Of a stretch of 64,000 bases of DNA, positions 35,801 to 49,800 are shown one piece after another (the first letter of the stretch is position 1; each line of letters begins with the position of its first letter). Made by a program: the position numbers and the translations under genes. This DNA is from Selaginella moellendorffii (taxonomy: Eukaryota; Plantae; Lycopodiophyta): NCBI RefSeq assembly GCF_000143415.4, contig NW_003314304.1, forward strand, positions 499,668-563,667. The letters are read 5' to 3'. The notes under the pieces are model-generated. The model was not told the origin of the DNA. It saw nothing but the letters and a program-made list of their open reading frames with translations, and did no database searches.

Positions 35801-38350
35801 CCAAGTTAGATTTTGCTTCGACTGCTTTTCGTACATTATTTGGTTTGTACAAATTCTTGGTGATGCCATTTGGTTTGAACAATGCTCCAACAACTTTTCA
35901 GCAAATGATGGACAAGGTTTTTTGCGATATGCCAAAGGTGACTACTGACTTCATTAATGATGTTTTGATCTATTAGGAGGGGACGTGGGAAGAGCACGTT
36001 CGTGATGTTTGTAAAGTGTTGAATCAGCTACGGGATGTTGGTTTAAAGCTGAAGCGGTTGAAGTGTGTGTTTGGGTCCAAGGACATGACTTATCTTGGAT
36101 ATCGTACTTCTTGTGAGGGTTTGCAAGTTGATCTTAACAAATTTGTGGCTGTTCTAAAATTTTCTACTCCGAAGTGTGTAAATGATATGTAGTGCTTCCT
36201 AGGCAAGGTGTAATATCTTTGTCGTTTTGTAGATCATCTTTCTAATTGCATTGCACCATTGCGAGTGTTTCTTAATCATCTTTCATTTGATCTTCCGATT
36301 GTGAGCAGATGTTCGTGGATCTCAAAGAGCTATTGACAACTCCTCTAGTTTTGGTATATCCTGACTACACTTGATCTTTTATTTTGCACGTAAATGCTTC
36401 TAATATTGATCTTGGAGATGTGTTAATGCAAGAGAGCCCGAGTGTGCCTGGTCAGTGCCATCCCATAACATATATAAGTTGTACATTACAACCAGCGGAG
36501 GTGAACTACTCCACGATAGAGGAGTGTTTAGCAAGAGTCTAGGGTTTTAAAAAACTTCATGCATATCTACATGGTTCTCGGACATTATTTAAAGGTAATC
36601 ATATTGCTATTATTTCATTATTGAAGCGAAAGAACTTAGTTGATCATACTGCTTGGTGGGCTTTGAAGCATCAGATATATAATTTTAATGTTGTTCATCG
36701 CTTAGGGAGTTTTATGGTTGATGCTAATGCCCTTTCTCAAGCTCCTCTTCCTTTTACATTGTCTTCTTATGTTTCTGACAAGTCTGTTGTTCTAGCATCT
36801 GTGAATTTTCTAGACAAGGATTTTGTGCTGTTGGCATTTACTGTACTTGATGTTTAGTGTTTATAAGGTGCAAAGAAAAACCTACCTTCTCTTGATGAGG
36901 TGCTCAAGGCTTAAAAGATTGAGCCATGAATTCGAAGGTTTCGAGATGGGTTTGAGAATCCTACATCAAATACTAATGACTTGTCATTCTAACATTTATA
37001 TTCTCAATATCGCCTTAAAAATGGCCTTCTTTATTTTGTTGGGATAGATCCTAATGATCCTTTACGGCTGGTGGTGCCTTCCATCTTTATTTCATGGTTT
37101 CTCCATACCTACCATAATTTTCCTATTCTAGAGGGGCATATAAAACATTATCGTGTGACCAATAAACTATGCAAGTTTCTTTATTAGCTAAAGATGCAAT
37201 GTGATGTTATCTGGTATATATGTAGTTGTGTTTAGTGCTAAACTCATAATACTCCCGCGAAAAAACAGTTGAAGTCAATTGCAATTTCCCATCCATTTGA
37301 GTTGGTGGTGTTTGATCTTATAGGACCTTTTCCATGATCAACTATTGGCAATGAATATGTTATTACTGCTTCTGATTATTTGACTCATTGGGTGGAAGTT
37401 GGTGCTTTTGTTAGCGCCTCTACAACTACTGTTAGATAGTTTTTCCTCAATTGAGTGGTGTTCTAGTATTGTTGTTCAAAATGGATTCTTTTGGATAATG
37501 GTCCCACATTTATGACTGAGGCATTTCATGTTTTGATGTCTCAATTGAAAATATGCCACACTTTAATGAGTGCTTATCATCCACAGTTAAACGATTTATT
37601 GGAATGGCTCATTGGATATTCAAAGGAATAATCGCAAAATACATGAATTTTTAGCATTTATATTGGGATGGTTATTTGCTGTCTCTTCAATATGCATATG
37701 TCACAGGGGTGCAGAGTTCTATTGGTGCTTCATTATATAAACTTCTATATGATCATGATCTAATATTACCAACGGAGCTAGGTTTATCTTCGCGATTGCC
37801 ATGAGCTGCTAATGCTAGGTCGTGGGATTAGTATTTAACGAGTATTCTTCCACTTGTCTAAGCAAAGCTTATTGAACATTTAGGCCACATACAAGTGGGA
37901 CAACAACAGTGTTACAACTCCCATCATTGTTCACATGTGGAGTACAAAGTGGATGACTTGGTATTAGTTTGTTTTCCCCATCTTATGGTATGTGGTTTAT
38001 CTAAGGGGTTATTTGCTCAATGGAAAGGACCGTATCGGGTGTTGCGGCAAGTTGGACCATAAGTTTATGAGGTTTGGCATGACGTCCAGCAAGCCAATCC
38101 TTCAAAAATTGTGAATGTGCAACAGTTGAAATGCTTCATATAAAGAGATTAGAAATAACTGCTACTACCTATAGATCCACTGATGCCTCATGTTGACGTT
38201 CTTCTAAAAGGGGATGATGTGAAGTTTAAGTGTATGGTTATGATGCCGTATACTAATATTAGCATAGTGGCATTTTAGTAGCTGTCGAATTAGTTTCAAT
38301 CCAGACCATTCACTCCTATATATAAGCTAAAGTTTTTGGGCTAATTGGGA
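32826..38350 (+). mobile_element. Old Ty3/gypsy LTR retrotransposon (5' LTR 32826-33001, PBS 33003-33020, PPT ~38206-38217, 3' LTR from 38218, truncated)
   Basis: Diverged direct repeats share tatactaatattagcatagtg. PBS TGGTGGAAATGAGGGG resembles the complement of the tRNA-Ala 3' end. Degenerate gag; RT RFCIDYRSLNK/MPFGLNNAP/FINDVLIY; RNase H; integrase FDLIGPFP and GPYRV. Confidence 0.9.
34100..34760 (-). mobile_element. TRIM-like non-autonomous LTR element nested in the gypsy element
   Basis: TG..CA repeats at 34100-34242 and 34608-34760, an extra partial copy at 34241-34330, and a ~280-bp non-coding interior. tRNA-Met PBS TGGTATTAGAGC on the minus strand at 34594-34605. Confidence 0.85.
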
Positions 38351-38599
38351 TAAATTAATGTTGAATACCAAGGGTGTATTTTTTATTTCCTCAGTATATT
38401 TAGCGGTAAAAGGAAACTTCAAAGGCAATTATTCCCTTTTTAAAGTTTAAAGGTTAAATTAAATCTCAATGATTTAAATTATAAAAATGTTAATAACTTT
38501 TGAAGGGGTTTTATGACATTCAATTATTCACTGAATTTACAATGTTTGAATTTTGGTAAAGGTTGGCAACAACCTCAAATAGAATTGGCTGAAAACTAA

Positions 38600-40500
38600 A
38601 AATCCCATACTAGAAGGTTTCTAGAAGGATACATGTTTTTTGCAGCGCCCAATACCACAGGGTGGGTATTTATAATTACCTACCTACTCCGCACTCCCTA
38701 GCACCTTGAAGCTCTAAAGTCCTTGGCAAGAGTTGCTCTCAATGCATCCTCAAGATATACCAGCCATGATGTCAATGTTGGATAGGCTAACAAGGAATAA
38801 TAGTGAACTGCTTTCATAGGTGGTTGTATGTCATACAATCAAGAGCATGTGACTTAGGCAGTGTTACAGACTTTGCAATGACAGAGATGACGAGGGAGTC
38901 AATTTCAACATGAAGCTAGTGATTACCACACCAAACTTGTAACATGCTTATGGCGAGGCATGATGATAAACATGCAGATCCATGCCAAGAGGATTAAACA
39001 GTTTTTCACTTTTTGGCATATTTGACAGATCCAACTATTCTAGACAGCAGTTAGTGTTTGAAAGCTTGTGCCATCCACCAGCTGTAATTGTCTAGTGGGC
39101 TTTCAAGCACGGACTCAAGATCCAGGCCTACCTTTGCTATGAGATCTGTCCATCAGCCTCCATTACGCTCGTACATAAGACCGATGGAGTTGTCAATGGA
39201 GCTTAGTCTGAATGTTGTTGAGATGCCACTATGTCTTCGCATAATTGATTGTATGTTTCCATGCAAGGAGCTCCAAAGGCCATAATTCTGATTCGAACAG
39301 GATAATTGGATATGACACATCTGCTGTGTGGAGCTCTGCGCAAATGAAGTGGTATTGGAGCTCTTCAACTTGACATCCATCATACCCAGCTGTGACCTCT
39401 TCTGCGTACAAGGGGACAGTGAATACTTTGGCACTACAGTTTGTGGCACAATCCAACTAGAGTGCAATGTAGGCACTGCCTACAATCACTGTTCCAGGGA
39501 TTGATTTCGTGAATTATCCCGAGTATTTGTATTTGTCCACTTCTTCGACTCAGACTCCAAGGTAATAGCATGTGTTGTCCTCCATTGGCCAGCAGATTGT
39601 GTCTCTGTTAGATTAACTTCCATACATGTGGCCTCACAGAATTCACTTGGTGCATCCAGTGTTGAGGGTGCCACACATTGTGTCATCTACATAGCAACAC
39701 ATACAAACAAGAGTTGATATGACGCCAGTGTGTTTCCTAGGATCATGGCTTCTAGTGCATCAATGTATATTGCAAAGAGCTTAAGAGACAGAGGACAGCC
39801 TGCATCATCCGATATAGAGCTCAAGTACCACCCATAATGAGAGGAGTAAGCACCTGGATCTCAACGAGCTTTTGATAAGCAAGTCTCGTGGCATGTGATC
39901 AAAGCCTTGGCTAAATCCATATATCCGAGGTTGGTTACGCTTGTAACACATGCGTACAAGCAGGACTTGGAGCATGAGTAGCTGATCCATACATGAATAG
40001 TGCTGGTGAAAGCCTGCCTGTCCATGAGCATCCAATCATGAATTTCCACGCAATCGGAGTGTTGTTTTTCTACTATTCAGGAAAGAGCTTTGGAAAATAA
40101 CCAATGTCCAATAGTTTGCCACATTGGCAGGATCCCCTGCTTTATACAAGGTGATGATTCTATTAGTTATCCAGGTCTAAAACCTTTCACTTTTGATTAG
40201 ATAATGGGGGTGATAGAGGCCATCCGCCGGGGGCCCATGGCATGAAGCATCTCAACTGTAAAGCCATGCTGGTCTAGTGCCTTCTATGTATATGAATATA
40301 GTCTGCTCAGCTTGTTAAGGGGAGATGCCAGGCAAACCATCCCACTCCACCTCTAGGCTTTGAGTATAAGTGTGGAGATGTGCTTCCCAGTCCTCTAGCT
40401 TCGTTGTCTAGAGTCTCATGGCCACCTCTCGAAAAATTCAGTATGCTTTCAGTATTCAGTATTCAGTTCTCTCCTTTACGCTGAGAATTCGTCTTCACAG
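38600..40500 (-). mobile_element. Degenerate non-LTR retrotransposon (LINE, RTE-like) RT region; boundaries approximate
   Basis: GQAGF..SCMDQL, GFDHMPRDLL, GCPLSLKLFAIYIDALE and YVDD motifs occur in order on the minus strand. Confidence 0.75.
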
Positions 40501-40510
40501 TGGCTGCGAG

Positions 40511-40610
40511 NNNNNNNNNNNNNNNNNNNNNNNNNNNNNNNNNNNNNNNNNNNNNNNNNNNNNNNNNNNNNNNNNNNNNNNNNNNNNNNNNNNNNNNNNN
40601 NNNNNNNNNN
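40511..40610. other. Assembly gap (100 N)
   Basis: N run. Confidence 1.
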
Positions 40611-40646
40611 GAATATTTACTAATTTTCTTTATATTGTTTTCTTAG

Positions 40647-40902
40647 CTATTTATGCATTGTCGAAGCTAAAAAATGTGGGCAATCTTGCAAGACCCATGA
40701 CGATTGTAACAGAAGGATTGCATGTATGAACCATATATGTGATGATGATCCAGATTTACACACTCATATTTGTGGTGGTACACGAAAAAATGGACCACCT
40801 AGCACAGAAAGCCCAAATGTGCCAGAATTTTTTCCAGAATTTCCCCCTACGCATCCTCCTCCCCCTCCATCTTATAAAATGTATCCTCCACCTTCACCCT
40901 AG
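40647..40902 (+). CDS. Stand-alone kissper-domain cysteine-rich peptide with Pro-rich tail; 5' end probably in the gap
   Basis: The frame from 40648 reads YLCIVEA-KKCGQSCKTHDDCNRRIACMNHICDDDPDLHTHICGGTRKNGPPSTESPNVPEFFPEFPPTHPPPPPSYKMYPPPSP*. Cys spacing C-x3-C-x5-C-x5-C-x4-C-x10-C and DDP...THIC match kiwifruit kissper. AATAAA copies follow at ~40938-40950. Confidence 0.8.
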
Positions 40903-41402
40903 ATGAGTGAATTTCTTTTTAATAAGCTATAAATCTAATAAATAAATAAACTGTGTAATTTATATTTACCTTAAGAATAAATTGAAAATAAATAGGCAAG
41001 AAAATCAAGAATTTACACTGAATAATTTTGTATTAATCATTAGAAATTAAAGCAGATGGAGATATCCTAACTCCAAATCAGATGGGTTCTAATAACCTTT
41101 ATAAACAGTTATCTCAATTGCTCTATTAGGACTTTAAACAAATTTTTTATTTAAACAGGATTTTCTATTGTTGTACCACCTTGCGCATGAACTGACGATG
41201 TCCTGGTTTCCAAGAGATAACGATAACAAGCGAGAGGGCTCTACAGTTGATTGAGGGGAAATCGTACTTATTCCTTGACGGAGAAAAGAGCTACTAAAAG
41301 CTACGATTGTGCTTATACACACACAAGAGAGAGTTCCACCAAGTAAATCCACCCTCACCTCACGATCTTTGGAAGAAACCTTGGGTCTCAACTTTTTCTT
41401 TC

Positions 41403-42728
41403 TTAGTGGAAAGGAATGGCACGAATGACGAACTGGTGGTAGAAGGCTGCAAGGGCTGCTCCAATCAGAGGACCGACCCAGAAGATCCACTGCTTACACA
41501 CAGACGATGCACCAACAAGTTAGAACTTAAAAGAAGAGCGAAAAATTCAAAGAGTAAAGTGATCTTACATGATCATCCCAGGCCTGGTCGCCATTGTAGA
41601 TGACAGCCGAGCCGAGACTTCGCGCTGGGTTGATGCCCGTGCCAGTGATGGGGATCGTGGCAAGGTGGACGAGGAACACCGCAAACCCGATTGGAAGTGG
41701 AGCCAAAAGCTGTAGAAATCGCCAAAGTTTGTGAGCTTGGAACATATCTTAAATCTATCCATGAGGAGGAGAAGAGATAAGGAGAAGATAAGAGGAAGTA
41801 CAGCAAGAAAAACTAGGAAAACCACACAAGAAGATAAGAAGAAGAAAAGCAAAACTTCATGAGAGGGGAATCAACCAAAGCTTTGGATGGAAGAAGAAAC
41901 GTACCGGGACATGGGAGTCTCTGGCACTTCTCTTGGCATCAGTGGCGGAGAAGACCGTGTAGACGAGAACGAAGGTACCAACAATCTCAGCTCCAAGACC
42001 ATCTCCAATGGTGTAGCCGTGGTGGACATAGTTGGCTCCTCCTCCCGCGGCGTTGAACTTTGCCTTTTGGAAGCCTTTGACGACTCCAGCCCCGCAAATC
42101 GCCCCCAGGCACTGCGCAACCATGTAGAGCAGCGTTCGAGGCAGCGACACCTTCCGAGCCAGGAAGAGGCCGAAAGTCACCGCGGGATTGATGTGTCCAC
42201 CTGAAAAAAACAAAACATGTCAAGCTTTTAGCTATGGTTTCCAGTCTCGCACGAGAACTTTCGCTGGAACACTAGAACTCGCGAAACTTTAGCTAGAGCA
42301 GCACCAAAGTTTCGGGACAACACCACACCCGAGATAAAGTTTCGCAAGAACAAACTTTAGCTCGAACACCACACCTCACAGGAAACAAAAAAACTCATCT
42401 TGGTACCTGAGATTCCAGCAGTGCAGTAGACGAGAGCAAAGATCATGCCCCCAAAAGCCCACGCGATGCCCTGGATGCCCACTCCAAGGCAGCTGGTGCG
42501 ATCGACATTTCCCACAACCGTGAGAATAGTGATGTAGAGAAAGAGGAAAGTGGCGAAGAACTCGGCTATGCCGGCGCGCCAAAAGGACCACGAGGAGAAC
42601 TCGGACGGCTCGATGAGGCGCGTCGGGGGCGGCTCCACATAATCCTTCTCGGCCTGCGCCGAGGTTCCCAGCTCGCGCTCGGGGTACTTGGCCACACCAA
42701 CATGGACGTCTTCCCTGTTACCCTCCAT
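41403..42728 (-). CDS. PIP1: Plasma-membrane aquaporin, PIP1 subfamily
   Basis: [37 protein letters not shown] and WIFWVGP..IRAIPFH*; four exons. Confidence 0.97.
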
Positions 42729-43823
42729 GGACGATGATCGATCCACCCAGGAGCTCTGGAGCAAGGAGAAAGAACTCTCGGACAAGCAAGAACTTCGAAG
42801 AGCTCCTCAAGACACCCGAGAGCTTAGAAGTGTCTGGAGAAAAGAAGAGAGATAAGGAAGGATACTGGTCGTAATCCTACTTACGCAACGCAAAGCAAAG
42901 CGTCTTTCTTTTAACGTAGAGGGAGAGGTCCCACTGTCCTATAGTGTTTCTTCCACAGTGTCTACTCCTCCATAGCCAAAAGCTCTCTTTTCTTTCTCTT
43001 TGCTTGGATGATCGCCTTGATGATAGCTCTCTCTACTTTTTCTTCTAGAGGACCACTAACTTTGCTTGGTACCACTAGAACTGGCCGAAAGGGAAATCTT
43101 ATATACAAACCCAAAGTGGGGGGACCAAGGAAGGCCAAGCACACCGTCTTTCTACTGTCTTTAGCTTGTTCTATAGCGCGCGAAGAGAAAAAAAAAAAAA
43201 AGGAAGAGAGGAAGACACTACAGTGCTGGGCTTGGATCTATCCCTTTAGCCCTCTCGCCAGTAGCTCTGTAGAAGCCCAGAGCCATCAAAATCTCGCAAT
43301 GGTCCACTCTCGCCGCCCCTCTCCTCCCATTCGTTAGACGGCCGTCTTTGTGTTTGGCATTTTAGCGTGATTACGCCCAAAACTTTAAATTCGAATCATA
43401 GAAACGAATATTCCACCACGACACCTTCATCTCGACCGTTGCTGGCTAACGGCCCGCATTTCTCGACAAGATGGGTTCCAGCTGGCCCGCCACCGGCCGT
43501 ACGATCACTCCCAAAATTTCCTGGGGGCGTCGCGTCATGAGAGGAAAATAAAATAAAAAAGTCACCGGGCCCCGCCACCTGTCGCCATCGTGGCCCACTC
43601 GTACGTATATATCCGTTCAGCAAAATTGCAGCACGTGGCACAGCTGTGGCGCTCGCACCGTCCAACCAATGGCGAGCCTCCAGCGCTGCGAATATCCTAT
43701 CCCACGGGCCTGGAAGATGCCAACCGCTGTTCAGCTGACCTCCTACTGTTATATATGTACAGTTCTTGTCTTCTTCTTCTGTACACGCGCGGCGAGCGAG
43801 CAATGCGAATAATCCCAGCTTCG

Positions 43824-46800
43824 TCAGTTCTTCTCTCTCGGCTTCTTTGGCAAATCCGATGGCCTCTTTGGAGGAGCGACGCTTCTGCTGGCCTGTCGAG
43901 ATGATAGATCTGCGAGCTTAGAATCAGCGATGGATCGCAAAGGAAAAAGAACAAGGAGCCATAGAAAACGAAGCGAACCTGGTCTCTTGGAGTCGAACAA
44001 CGAGCCTGACAAGAGCGCAAGAACTTCTTCTCTGCCCTTCCTCTTGGTCTCATTCGCGTCGATGTGTTTCCTAGCTGGACCCGATTGCTGCTGCTTTGAT
44101 GAAGGAACGGGAGGCCTCTTGTCTTCGACTTTATTCTGCCTCTGATCTTCAACACTTTGCCTGTCGCGATTCTGTTCACAACTTTCAGGCCGAGTTTCCA
44201 AAACCGTGCTATCTACGGCTCGCCGGCCATCTCTCTGTCTGTTATCCTGCAAAACTTTGGCACCCCCCTCCGACTGGTTAGCCGACACCCGTCTACTGCT
44301 ACTTCCATGCTCTCGATTGTCCAAACTTGCAGAAGCTCTTGCTTTCTTGTGGAGTTCCTGCTTGCAAGTGTCTGGAGCTTCGTCCAAAATCTTGATACCT
44401 CTCGGAGGTTTCGCCACTTCTTCACCTCTCTTCTGTTTTTTCTTGTCCCTGAAGCTTCCAGTTTGCTCTCCTGGTCTTTTCCTAGAGGACGTACCACCAC
44501 CACCTTGCACCATCGGGTCCACGTCTCGGGTTATATTCTGGTCGCCCCGACAGTTAAACGCTTTGCTGTATGGCTTTTGTATTGGGTACACCGCCCCCCT
44601 TGACGTAGCATCTTCGAGTAGAGCAGCCCAAGCCCGATTGCTTCGAAGGGCCATGGCACTACCGATTATCCACAAGGAGAACCTCGGACGAGTTAGCGCC
44701 ACGTTCATCCGCCGGATATCCGCTACAAAGCCGATGCCTTTTGGTTCCAAAGAGGCCCGCACGGTAGAGAGAATGAGAATATCCACCTCCCGACCTTGAA
44801 AGCCATCGATGGTGTTGAACTCCAAAATCGATGAAATTTTCTCGCCGAAACGTTGGAAAGCTCGCTTCAGCATATTGAGCTGCTGCTTATAAGGAGTAAT
44901 CACTCCTATGCGTCCAGGTTGGATCTCTTGAGGATACCTGCAGATCTCACTCATTATTTCTATCCATGCATTATACCACAAACGCAAATATACTTCGCTT
45001 GGAACCGTTCATACAGCTTGACCGCGACGTCAACTTCGTCCACGTTTCCAACTGATGACCCGCCAGCCCTCTCTTGTCCATCGATGACGTCGAAGAAGGT
45101 GTATGGTCGAAAAAACCTGTGATAGGAAAACTTCAAGATGTGAAGAAGTTTAAATGTTTATCACCTGTCATTGTGAAAGCTTGCGCGTCTCTTGTCCCCC
45201 AAAACGCTCGCTCCATCGACGAGCTGATTGTTGTAAAAATACGAAGATGGAAACTTTCGAATGTCCGGATGCATTCGGTACTGTAAAGCATCCCAAATTT
45301 AACAGAATGTTGCAACGAAACATACCATGCCGAATTTTACCTGTGTACTAAGCATCGTCACCGGATAGCCGTTCTTCTGGAAGCGTTCAAACATGCTGCG
45401 CTCGTAGCATACGCTGCTTGCCGCTTGTGATAAGACTGTTGCTGGAAGCTGCTTGGGATCTCCTACCTGATCATAAAGCAAAAAAACTTGTTATTACAGG
45501 CAAGCAATGACAAAAAACCAGTACCAGGACACATCTTCCGTGATTGCCTCCCAGAAACTGTAAGGGAATCAAACTAGCTGGTTCCAGCGCCTGTGTAAGA
45601 ACAGAAAACACTTAGAGAACCCCGTCTGACTGCTTACTTTACCTGTCCAGCTTCGTCAATCACAACAGCATCGAAAAAGAGTTCAGTATCCTTTTCCGAG
45701 GTATCCATGCACGCAGCATATACATCTCCTCCACAGCCACCCAGTGTCGTCAACACAATGTCGGCGTCCCGGATGTTCTGGTTTTTCAGCTTTCTTCTCC
45801 TCTCCTTGCTGATCTCGAAAGTCTTTCTAGATTTACGAATATCCAGATTAAGATCGTTCTTCTGCTGCTCCAACTGCGTCAGCTTTGCCATCAGCGAGTC
45901 GTCATGAACACCTTCAGACTTCCGACGAAGAATCTCATTTATCTTTTCTGTGACCTGTTCCAGCTTGGAAACCAGTTCCTGAGCAGAATCCTCCTGGCTA
46001 GTGTCGGCGTCCTCTTTGATGAGCGTGTCGATAAAAACCGGCACTGAATCAGGATGCACCAGTCTTGCATTCCCAGTACGCACAAGTTTGGGCCTGTAAA
46101 GCTGGCCTGTTGGACTGTATATCTCACGAAGTCGACCAACTAGCTCGTCGACAGCTGCATTTGACTGTGCACAAACAAGAACCCTCGCCTTTGCCTTCGT
46201 CGGGGCAAGTTGATCACGTTCAATCTGCTTTGCATAAGCCATCGCTTGCCAGGAGCTAGCAACCGCTGCATGGTGGCTAAGTCTCTGATTTCCAGAAGTA
46301 CGGCAAACGTCCTCGTTGCTTTCACGACTATGTAATAGTGCGCTGACAATAGCAACTATAGTTCGGGTCTTTCCTGTACCTGCAAACACACATATGTTAC
46401 AACCAAAAGAAAACAAAGCTTTCCTCACCTGGTGGCCCCTGAACTAGAGAGATTTCGTGCTGATCTTTCCGGCTATCTCCTAAGCTGGCTTTTATAGCTG
46501 ATAATTGACTCTCATTGTAATCTTCTTTGAGCTTTCGCCACAGTTTCTCCGGTAGCGGAACAGGTCTACCTGAATGCTGATCAGACGCGGCGGGTGACAG
46601 TATAGCTTCCAATAATGGCGAAGATGACAGTGCAGAGACGGCCTGAAATTCCCGAACTTGCGGCGTGATGTTCATGAGCCGAGTTATGTGCCATGTACTG
46701 CGAATGTGAAGCACGCTCTTTAACTTAAAAAGCTTCTCGTTGTTTGGAGGCAAGAAGAGCTTCGCACTGAAAACATCTTTATCTCGACGATCCACCTGCG

Positions 46801-49800
46801 TTTGCCGAATGTGAGCAAAACAATGCAAAAGAGAACACGAAAGTACCTTTCCCAGTAGATGCACGCTCCCTGGGCATTCTAGAAAAGGCTTCTTGCTTAT
46901 AAGCAGCAAATCGTTCTCAGTGCAAGCTGAAGATGCACCGACTTTTCCAGCTTCTGACTTAAACCGTGCCACGTGAAGGTTGTCAACACGTTCCAAGCTC
47001 ATAAGATGAACCATCCCCACTTTCTCTGTATCATCTGCGTTAAACTCGTCGCGAGCACGATGAAGTTGTGCTCGAAACTCCTCTATGAGTAGCGGCCGAA
47101 AGACTTCCATGTACTGCTCAACGTTTCTAAAACTCAGGGGAACCTTCACCAGGTCAGGCGGGTCTTCGTTGTCAGCAAACAGGTCCAGACTTAAGATCCG
47201 CATAAGCCACTCGTCCATCTTCGGTGGCGGAGGTTTTCCTGGACGACGTTTGTTTCTTGGCAAAATTGAAGGTTTCAGCTGTGCATCGGGTACAGGCATG
47301 TCGATCTTCATCAGCTTCCGTCTCTCTTTTGGTGCTGTTGACATTAAAGGTGCACGCTGCTTCTTGGAAACCTCATCCTCACTAACGAGATCATTGAGAA
47401 GTTTGCTCATGTCGTCAGCATTTTTCGCTTCAGCTGGTAACACCGGTTCAATCGGCCTTTGCTGCTTCCGCTCAGCAGGGCTAACTTGGTGCACCTGTTG
47501 TATAGGCTTAGCTTGCTTCTCCATCTCGACGGGCTTGGTTGGTGGTTCCATAGTCGTAAGTTGCTGCTCAGACATACGCAAGGACAAAGATAGATCATGC
47601 TGGCGCAAACGGCTGAACTTTACCTGTGGTTGCGAAGCGAGCTTGTTCAAGTTTTTGCCCAAAAGGTTCCGGATATCCATCTCTCCGTGACTTTGACGAG
47701 GCTCATACTGCTTCTGTTTGTTTAAGTCCTCTCTTCTATGCAGAGTTTGGCTTGCCACCTTTCGTACCGCAGGCCTTTTATGTTGACGTCCTGAAGGCCC
47801 TGGTTCAGCTTGGACATCGGGCCCCTTCTTAGAAACAACCGGCTTTGCCTCCTCATCGCTACTGAGAAGTACAACTTCCGCCCCTGCCTTAGTATCGGAC
47901 TTCAGACTTTCGAGTTCATGTGCATTGGATGAAAACAATAAGAGTAGCCTCTCCCTCTCCTCGTTCTCTAGCACAGAGCCTGGAAACGTAAGAAAAATGT
48001 CAGAATGTTGGATAGCTTGAGTACAGAAAAATAAAACCTGGTTGTAGTAACTCTTTAATTTCTTTACTCTGAGATACTCCCCCACGAGCTAGATCTTCTA
48101 GTATAGATACAAGTGCCTCGATATAACGCCTGCGAATGCTGGGAAAAGGTGTGCTGCTCCATGCAAGAAGACTTCGGAACCAGGAAGGACTGTCCATATT
48201 AGAGCTTACATTCCACAGCTTCAGTTCAGCCGACGGTATCGTGTACTTGAAAACTAGTGGAAGCAGATCGAATAAACGAGAGCAACTTGCCTAAGAAAAC
48301 ATATGAACAATATATGTTGTGAAAAGGCCGGATTACCTCGTATCCAGTGACTGGGAGACATTGTTGTCCGTGAATGATGGCGTTTACTAGTGATGGCCAC
48401 AGCAAAGTAGAGAGCTTCCGAGAAAATACTTGCGAGCCAAAACTAAGAAACCTTGTCCCAAGAAAATAAACGTGTTGTCGCGACGAACAATGTCCATAAG
48501 GCTCAACGCTTAACTGCAAAAATTGATCAGGACTCGTGACAAAATCTTACGGAATGAACTTACAAACTTGACAGCATGACTGAATCCGCGGATAATGTAG
48601 TCTAGCGCTTCCTCACTTTTGCAAAAGAAATGAATCACAGAATCAAGGCCGTTATCCTTGGAAAACTGTTGAAGTATATCTTTGGCCACCATACGCAAAT
48701 CCTAAAGAGATTAATGAGAAGAAACTCAGACAGGCAACTAGATCTTACCACAGATGAGTTCATCAGCAGCAAAATAAAGCACTCGGCCATCGTCGGCTCC
48801 CATTGCCAGTCAACGAAAATTCCATCAGCCCGGAATTTATGTCCAAACGAATCTGTGCATCTACAGACAAATATCAAAAAATTAAAAAGCGTGACAAATT
48901 GAGCCTAAATACCTTTTGAAGACATTGATCAACATCCGGAAATTACTGCTAGCTTTCATGGCATTAAGACATCCTTTACCATCGCTCCCATCATCACACC
49001 CCGTCGGAATTTGCCAGTGCAGTGAAGCAGAGAAAGCTGCAGAACCTGTTGTAGCCGCCACATTGACTTCAAAAATGGATAAACGTGAAGCTGCCCAGAG
49101 AAAAGCCTTCAAGAGCGAAGATGAAAAAACGGAAGGCGCTGTAGTTTCCAACGCTCCAATCCATATAAGAGGGACGCAGTACCAGTTATCACTTTCTGAT
49201 TCAACTTGTTGAATGAAGCTCTGCCAGGAAAATCCTTCCGCACCCGCGTCTTCTTCTTTCGACGGCCGTACTTTGCAATACAAAGCGGATAAGGCAGCAG
49301 CATCCGCAACGAGTAAAATACCGGTAAGATTTAGAGCAGATTGACGATATTGCAGAGGTAGCTCAGTGTCCTTAATAGATGCTAGTAACGAAGGACCCCT
49401 GCGACGAGGTCAAAACGAAGAAAACAAAAGAAAAAAAAAAAAGACGTACCAGAAATGTGCACAATCGAACGGAGGCAAAGGCGGCTCCATCTTGTAACTC
49501 CGTGCCACAATATCGAATGCAACCTGTCATTACTTGAGAATGATAAAGTAAGAAAACACGTCGATTTTCGAACCTTTGAGCCAAGTTTCTTGGTCAACGG
49601 GCTAAAGTTGCTGCTAAATGGCACTTGTTGAAGAAGAAAATAGAGAAGATACCGCCGTTGCCTTTCATACTGTCCGTCTTGAAGGGCCTCTAAAGACTGA
49701 ATTTCCCCTGCTATTAGAAAGGTTGGGGGATTTAGAAAGGCAACAGTACCTGTAGGAAGAACTCAAAAATATCAAAAACTTCCTTGTGGATTTTTTCATC

